A stretch of 40,264 nucleotides of DNA from the IMG/VR virus record IMGVR_UViG_3300012921_000060, positions 1 through 40,264 of that record; one strand, written 5' to 3'. Within the stretch, counting starts at the first letter, position 1. Each line of letters begins with the position of its first letter. Made by a program: the position numbers and the translations under genes. Source of the stretch: a virus. Lineage: Duplodnaviria > Caudoviricetes. The notes beneath the pieces were generated by a model. The model ran no database searches, was not told the DNA's origin, and saw only the letters and a program-made list of their open reading frames with translations. Shown piece after piece: positions 35,692-40,264 of the stretch.

Positions 35692-37329
35692 ATGATCCCC
35701 ATTCTGCCGTTCGGCACGCCGCCGATCTATCTCGTGCCGTTCGGCATGATGTTTTCGGCTGCCTCATCGACGAACCTCTCGCGCGTGCTCGTCGCCGGCG
35801 ACCGGAATCTGTGGTCTCTGTTTTTCCAGGGAATCAAGCGCGGCGATCTTGGCCGGTTGCAGTATCTCTACGGCGCCGACACGGCCAGTCCCGACGCGGT
35901 CTATTTCGACGCGGCGGACCGACTGTGCGTCGATATCGCGGGCACCACGCGGCTCGTGACCAACGCCGTCTTCAAGGACTGCGAAGGCCACTACCCGGTC
36001 GTAGTCATCGATTTCGATGCGGCCAACGCGACGGCGGCGAATCGTTTGGTGCTGAAGGTCGGCGGCCAGACGATCACGTCGTTTGCGACCGACGCGCGCA
36101 GCGGGATCGCGACCAACACCGCCAAGACCGGCACGGCCGTGACGGCGTTCTATGGCCGCAACCCCGCATCGGCCGTCAATTTCTTCGACGGCGTGCTGTC
36201 GAATGTGGGCCACGTCAACGGCGCGCTCGCGGGCACCCTCGGGCGGCTGGATGCCGCGAGCGCGCAGTTCGTGCCGATACCGCCGAACGGCATGAACGCC
36301 AACGCGGCGGGCTGGTTTTTGGAATTCAAGAACGGCACGGCCGCCACGGCCGCCGCCTTCGGCGCCGACACGTCGGGCAACGCCAGCAATTGGACGCCCA
36401 GCGGCGTTTCGCTGGCTGCAGGTGCAGCGTGCGCCCAGGTAGCCGATACCGTCACCGGCAATTTCGCGACGTGGCACGCGAGCGATCGCACGTCGAACGG
36501 CACAATCCAGAATGCCAACACGCGCTTTGGCGTCGGCACGGGCGTCGGCTACGTTTCGATCCGCTCGACGCTTGCCTTGCCGCCGAGCGGCAAATGCTAT
36601 TTCGAAATCCCGACCGCCGCGAACGGCGGCTCGCCCATCGTGCGCTTGGGCCTCGCCACGGCGGCGCAGAGCTTGGCGCTCGACGCGCTGTCGGGCCTTT
36701 CTTCGCTGCCCGAAACGCGCACGATTATGAGCAACGGCGATCGCCACGATGGTGCCGGCACGGCGGCCTATGGCGGCGCGCTGTCCGTGCCGGGCACCTT
36801 GATGGCCGCGATCGACATGGACGCCGGCACGGCCAAATTCGGCTACGACGGCAATTGGGCGAACGGTGCCGGAGCTTGGAACCAAAGCTTCGCTGCGGGC
36901 GCCACCGCGTTTACCGATCTTCTCTCCAGCGGCAAAACCTGGTTCGTCTATTTCTACATCATTCAGTCGTGGGCCGATCTTGTCGCCGGGCGCGGCGGTT
37001 TCGCCTATGCGGTGCCGAGCGGCTACAAGCCGTTTTCGACGTTGGCGATGCCGAGCACTGTCGGCGTGGCGTCGGGCACCTTCACGGGCAACGCGAGTGC
37101 TTCGGGTCCGCGGCTGTTCCTGAACGGCACGCCCTCGGCCCTCACCATCAACGGCAATGCGGTTGCGTTCGGCACGCATGCCGAGAAGACGGCGACGGGC
37201 TGCCGCATCGTCACGTCGAGCGCGAGCTACAACGCGAGCGGCAGCAACAGTTTTGCGGCGACGTTCGCGACCCGATTGGTCGGTGCGGCACCGCGCCGCG
37301 TTCCCAACCCAGCACAGGTGAACCCATGA
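35692..37329 (+). CDS. Receptor-binding/tail-fibre protein with probable ConA-like (LamG/SPRY-type) beta-sandwich domains
   Basis: Gly/Thr/Ala-rich; GADTSGN..NW, SGKCYFEI, AAIDMDAG, F.Y.VPSGYK blocks. Confidence 0.65.
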   Translation: MIPILPFGTPPIYLVPFGMMFSAASSTNLSRVLVAGDRNLWSLFFQGIKRGDLGRLQYLYGADTASPDAVYFDAADRLCVDIAGTTRLVTNAVFKDCEGHYPVVVIDFDAANATAANRLVLKVGGQTITSFATDARSGIATNTAKTGTAVTAFYGRNPASAVNFFDGVLSNVGHVNGALAGTLGRLDAASAQFVPIPPNGMNANAAGWFLEFKNGTAATAAAFGADTSGNASNWTPSGVSLAAGAACAQVADTVTGNFATWHASDRTSNGTIQNANTRFGVGTGVGYVSIRSTLALPPSGKCYFEIPTAANGGSPIVRLGLATAAQSLALDALSGLSSLPETRTIMSNGDRHDGAGTAAYGGALSVPGTLMAAIDMDAGTAKFGYDGNWANGAGAWNQSFAAGATAFTDLLSSGKTWFVYFYIIQSWADLVAGRGGFAYAVPSGYKPFSTLAMPSTVGVASGTFTGNASASGPRLFLNGTPSALTINGNAVAFGTHAEKTATGCRIVTSSASYNASGSNSFAATFATRLVGAAPRRVPNPAQVNP

Positions 37330-37868
37330 GATACAGAATGCCCGACGGCACGATCGTGCGCGCGGACCGCGATTGGTCGTTCGACGACACGCAATATCCG
37401 GCGGGCGGCGCGTGGTCGCCGGCCGATTTCGGCGGCGTCGCGCTAGCCGATCCGCCCAACGTCGATCCGCGCGCGTTCGTCGTCGTCGAAACCGAGCCCG
37501 GAATCTACGAGACCAGCGCGCGGCCGTTGGCGGCGGTCAAAGCCGATCGGATCGCCGCGGCGGCGGCGTTGCGCTGGCAGACACAGACGGCCGGTATCGG
37601 CGGTTTCCGCACCGATCCCGAGAGCCAGTCGCTGCTGACTGGCGCAACGCTGCAGGCGATGCTCGACCCGGCCTATACGGTCGATTGGAAGACAAGCGCC
37701 GGTTGGGTGCAGCTCTCGGCCGCGCAGATCATCGCCGCAGCACAGGCCGTGCGCGCGCACGTGCAGGCGTGTTTCGACGCCGAGCGCGCGCACGCCCAGG
37801 CGATCGAAGCGCTTGCCACGGCCGAAAGCGTGCTGGCCTACGATATCGACAGCGGCTGGCCCGGATGA
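37326..37868 (+). CDS. DUF4376-like tail-fibre-associated protein
   Basis: TD.ESQ.LL.G, VDWKT..GWV.L, AVRAHVQACF.AE, GWP terminus. Confidence 0.78.
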   Translation: MRYRMPDGTIVRADRDWSFDDTQYPAGGAWSPADFGGVALADPPNVDPRAFVVVETEPGIYETSARPLAAVKADRIAAAAALRWQTQTAGIGGFRTDPESQSLLTGATLQAMLDPAYTVDWKTSAGWVQLSAAQIIAAAQAVRAHVQACFDAERAHAQAIEALATAESVLAYDIDSGWPG

Positions 37869-37905
37869 AAGCGCCCCGCATGACCGACTTTTCCGCCATC
37901 AAACG

Positions 37906-38011
37906 ACCGGCGGGGGATGCGCTGTTGGAGCAGCGCAAACCGCACGCGCGAACGTGCCCGACCACAACCGGCCGCATTCTGGCCGACCCGCCACCCCTGG
38001 CCTGGGGCGGG
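37906..38011 (+). ncRNA. Candidate structured RNA element upstream of com
   Basis: Hairpins TGCGCTG-TTGGAG-CAGCGCA and GCACG-CGCGAA-CGTGC inside a closing stem, followed by a CCCGCC/GGCGGG hairpin. Folded by eye only. Confidence 0.4.
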
Positions 38012-38031
38012 AGCAAGTGTAGGGTGATTCC

Positions 38032-38202
38032 GTGCGTTCCGACTATCGTTGTTCCTGCGGGCGGCTTCTGGCAAAAGCCAGCGGGCCGCTCGACGTCGAG
38101 ATCAAGTGCCCGCGCTGCGGCGCGCTCAACCGTTTCAAAATCGACAGGGCCGAGAGCCCGTCAAACCATGAACGCCGCCGCGCGTCTCTTGAAGGAGAAT
38201 AG
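38032..38202 (+). CDS. com: Com-family zinc-finger translational activator (56 aa, not in ORF track)
   Basis: MRSDYRCSCGRLLAKASGPLDVEIKCPRCGALN: RC.CGRLL...EIKCPRC...N signature at the Mu com position. Confidence 0.88.
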   Translation: MRSDYRCSCGRLLAKASGPLDVEIKCPRCGALNRFKIDRAESPSNHERRRASLEGE

Positions 38203-38211
38203 CGTGCATGG
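38143..38211 (+). promoter_or_regulatory. Candidate Com-responsive translation-inhibition structure
   Basis: CCATGAACGC (38166-38175) pairs 9/10 with GCGTGCATGG (38202-38211). Inner TCTCT/GGAGA stem covers the SD. Upstream GGGC-CGAGA-GCCC hairpin. Confidence 0.6.
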
Positions 38212-39085
38212 CGTGGCTCTATGTGCCGGTGCTGCCGGCCTTGAACTCGGACTCCACATTGCCGAACCAAACTACCGAACCGTCTGCTATGTCGAGCGCG
38301 ACGCGTTCGCGGTCGAAGTTCTCCAGGCGCGCATGCGCGACGGATCGATCGACGACGCGCCGATCTGGGACGACGTCAAAACTTTCGACGGACTGGCCTG
38401 GCGCGGAAAGGTGGATGTGCTCACTGCCGGATATCCGTGCCAGCCGTTCTCGTCGGCCGGCCACCGCAAGGGCGCGGCCGACCCGCGCCATCTGTGGCCC
38501 GCGATCGCCGGAATCGTCGCCGACATGCAGCCGCGCCGCGTCTTCGTCGAAAACGTGCGCGGCCATCTCTCCCTCGGTTTCGAGCGCGTCGTCGGCGACC
38601 TTCAGCAACTGGGTTTCCGCGTTGCAGCTACAGTCGTCGAGGGCGTCGAAGTCGGCGCGAGCCACGCGCGGGCGCGGGTTTTCGCTCTGGCCGACGCCGA
38701 CGGCGACGCGCAACGGCAATCACGTGTGGATGCAGATCGGCAAGCACGGCCTGCGCTTCGTGCCCATCCCCGACGCGTGGCAGACGATGAGCATCAGCGG
38801 CGCGGCGCTCGCGTGGTCGGTGCTGTGGGACGTGACGCAGGCGGCCGGCGGCGCCAGGCGTTCGCTCGTGTCGGCATCTTCCCGCCCGGTCCTGGCGAGC
38901 TTGTGGCCTGGGCGCGTTGGCTCGAACTACGGCCGGACGCTCAACCCACGCTTCCTCGAGGCCATGATGGGCTGGCCCGCTGGCTGGACCGATCCCGCAT
39001 TGCCGGTAACGGCGTTCTCAGCCTGGCTGCAGCGCATGCGTACCGCATGCTCGATGCTGCCTTGGCGGGAACGTGCGGAGATTGA
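38204..39085 (+). CDS. C5-cytosine DNA methyltransferase, alpha-like chain (motifs I-VIII, X)
   Basis: LCAGAAG (I), VERD (II), DDV (III), GYPCQPFS (IV), ENV (VI), H.R.RVF (VIII), AGNGV (X). GTG 38204 chosen; ATG 38168 is an alternative start. Confidence 0.9.
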   Translation: MHGVALCAGAAGLELGLHIAEPNYRTVCYVERDAFAVEVLQARMRDGSIDDAPIWDDVKTFDGLAWRGKVDVLTAGYPCQPFSSAGHRKGAADPRHLWPAIAGIVADMQPRRVFVENVRGHLSLGFERVVGDLQQLGFRVAATVVEGVEVGASHARARVFALADADGDAQRQSRVDADRQARPALRAHPRRVADDEHQRRGARVVGAVGRDAGGRRRQAFARVGIFPPGPGELVAWARWLELRPDAQPTLPRGHDGLARWLDRSRIAGNGVLSLAAAHAYRMLDAALAGTCGD

Positions 39086-39155
39086 AAACAGTTTGACTCG
39101 AAACAGCCAGAGGGCAAGAGTATTGAACGTGCAACCAAGAGGAACACAAACATGA
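38208..39155 (+). CDS. Overlapping +1-frame ORF: probable methyltransferase beta chain (motif IX-like)
   Basis: 315 aa with no stop; contains LWPTPTA and RTLNPRFLEAMMGWPAGWT; ATG shares the AAGGAG SD. Confidence 0.72.
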   Translation: MAWLYVPVLPALNSDSTLPNQTTEPSAMSSATRSRSKFSRRACATDRSTTRRSGTTSKLSTDWPGAERWMCSLPDIRASRSRRPATARARPTRAICGPRSPESSPTCSRAASSSKTCAAISPSVSSASSATFSNWVSALQLQSSRASKSARATRGRGFSLWPTPTATRNGNHVWMQIGKHGLRFVPIPDAWQTMSISGAALAWSVLWDVTQAAGGARRSLVSASSRPVLASLWPGRVGSNYGRTLNPRFLEAMMGWPAGWTDPALPVTAFSAWLQRMRTACSMLPWRERAEIENSLTRNSQRARVLNVQPRGTQT

Positions 39156-39676
39156 AGATATACGTTGCAGGGATTGTCGCTCTTCTGGCCTTCGTCGGGG
39201 GACATTCGTACGCGCAGCCTTTGTCGCTCGCGACGCCAAAGACGGAACGCCCGTTCATCGACGGATTGCAGGCGATCGAGGGTATCGCCGAGGTTGCGAC
39301 AGGCACTGCCCACGATGGCCGCATGTCCTATGTGGCGACGATCAAGGCACCGAGCGATATGACGCCGTCCGGCGTACTGATCGCGGTCTCGGGGCGGTTG
39401 TGGCAGGCTTTGCACGAAACGCCTGCGGCAGCGCGGCCCGCGATCGGCGCGTTGACCGTCAATATCGACGATCCCCAGGGCGTCCGCGCCTTGCGCTTTA
39501 CGGTGCTGGGAAGCGACCTCGACAAGATCGACGGTTCCCGCCCGGCCGACAGGCTGGACCTCTACCAGGCGGCGCGGGTCAATCCCACGGCGCTGAGCGC
39601 GGTCGGCCGGGTTTATCTGACGGCGTTCTGCACGGCCCCGCGCCGCAGCTGGTCTTTGTGCCGGACGGGCCTGTAA
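39152..39676 (+). CDS. Secreted/periplasmic hypothetical protein (moron-like)
   Basis: Signal peptide MKIYVAGIVALLAFVGGHSYA; GAGG SD; AT-richer upstream region with TTGACT (39093-39098). Confidence 0.72.
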   Translation: MKIYVAGIVALLAFVGGHSYAQPLSLATPKTERPFIDGLQAIEGIAEVATGTAHDGRMSYVATIKAPSDMTPSGVLIAVSGRLWQALHETPAAARPAIGALTVNIDDPQGVRALRFTVLGSDLDKIDGSRPADRLDLYQAARVNPTALSAVGRVYLTAFCTAPRRSWSLCRTGL

Positions 39677-39688
39677 CCGCGTCCAGCA

Positions 39689-39724
39689 GCGTTAGAGGCG
39701 CCGTTTTTCTGCTCCCTCTAACGC
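39689..39724. other. Inverted repeat between the last gene and attR
   Basis: GCGTTAGAGG (39689-39698) / CCTCTAACGC (39715-39724). Confidence 0.5.
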
Positions 39725-39731
39725 TTTTCCA

Positions 39732-39780
39732 GAATTTCAAACTGCCTGTCCCTGAATTTCAAACTGGGTGTCTCGCTACA
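39732..39780 (-). promoter_or_regulatory. attR transposase-binding sites
   Basis: Two tandem GAATTTCAAACTG..TGTC copies with a 22-bp period (39732, 39754), ending in CTACA. Confidence 0.88.
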
Positions 39781-39785
39781 GGGTC
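39781..39785 (+). repeat. Right 5-bp target-site duplication GGGTC
   Basis: Identical to 853-857 and immediately follows CA. Confidence 0.95.
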
Positions 39786-39970
39786 TCCCGGCCGGGTCGA
39801 ACTCTCTTCACTTGTCAAACAGCACCCGCCCCGGAGGGCGATGGCTGAAGTGAAGCATTTTGTTCGCTTTTGTGCAAGAGCGCTGTTATTTTACCTATCT
39901 CAGCTTATTACCTTGCATTTTGATTCGGTTTCGGCTATATATAGCTTCATGTTCAACTTCGGAGGTTGCC

Positions 39971-40264
39971 ATGCCCCTGTTCGAGTATGACGACGATTAC
40001 ACCGGCCTCGACAACGCGCCGGGCGCGTCGGACTGGTTCAAGCTCGACGATACGGTGGGCCTTGGCCGGGCCAATCGCCGCCACGACATGCTCAAAGTCG
40101 AAACCCTGCTGGCGAATGCGGGCGACCTGGACCTTTCGAAGGTCGGCGGGGCGATGGGCTACGGGCTCTACACGGTCGACGAGGCCGTGCGGAAATATCA
40201 GGGCCGCAACGGCCTCAAAGTGGATGGCTGGCTGCGCCCCGACGGCCCGACGATCGCCCTTTAG
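39971..40264 (+). CDS. Host peptidoglycan-binding-domain protein
   Basis: GGAGG SD; EAVRKYQGRNGLKVDG...PDGPT PG_binding_1-like motif. Lies outside the prophage. Confidence 0.7.
   Translation: MPLFEYDDDYTGLDNAPGASDWFKLDDTVGLGRANRRHDMLKVETLLANAGDLDLSKVGGAMGYGLYTVDEAVRKYQGRNGLKVDGWLRPDGPTIAL

Larger units (their letters stand above)
858..39780 (+). mobile_element. Complete Mu-like transposable prophage (contractile tail)
   Basis: TGTAG...CTACA ends, 5-bp TSD, DDE transposase plus AAA ATPase, and a full Mu-type head, tail and baseplate gene set with no obvious frame disruptions. Confidence 0.97.

Noticed and set aside
35082-39780. Diversity-generating retroelement or invertible host-range cassette
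   Set aside because: No reverse transcriptase, invertase, template/variable repeat pair or inverted fibre genes seen.

Overview
The window holds an apparently complete, intact Mu-like (transposable) contractile-tailed prophage at 858..39780 (38,923 bp). It has TGTAG...CTACA termini and a 5-bp GGGTC target-site duplication, and sits at the end of a REP-like hairpin between two host genes (a Tat-exported DUF1194/vWA-like gene and a peptidoglycan-binding-domain gene). The host is GC-rich and probably alphaproteobacterial (inference). Gene order is Mu-like: repressor, ner, A, B, semi-essential early genes (DnaA domain IV-like protein, gam, ASCH, half-TOPRIM, MT-A70 methyltransferase), gemA, Mor/C-type activator, lysis, terminase, portal, MuF, protease/scaffold, capsid, tail, baseplate, fibres, then com and a DNA-modification locus. 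The most unusual feature is at the mom position. An unannotated 56-aa Com-like zinc finger precedes two long same-strand ORFs that overlap by 878 nt in different frames. One carries C5-cytosine methyltransferase motifs I-VIII and X; the other carries the missing motif IX-like block. Both start codons share one Shine-Dalgarno and lie inside one predicted inhibitory stem. This suggests a Com-gated, dual-frame, two-subunit methyltransferase resembling M.EcoHK31I. Also visible are transposase end sites, two operator motif classes, a shared late-promoter motif, a -1 tail-chaperone frameshift, a MuF-nuclease-like fusion with no immunity ORF, and two candidate structured RNAs. All family calls come from motif recognition and synteny by eye; no searches were run.
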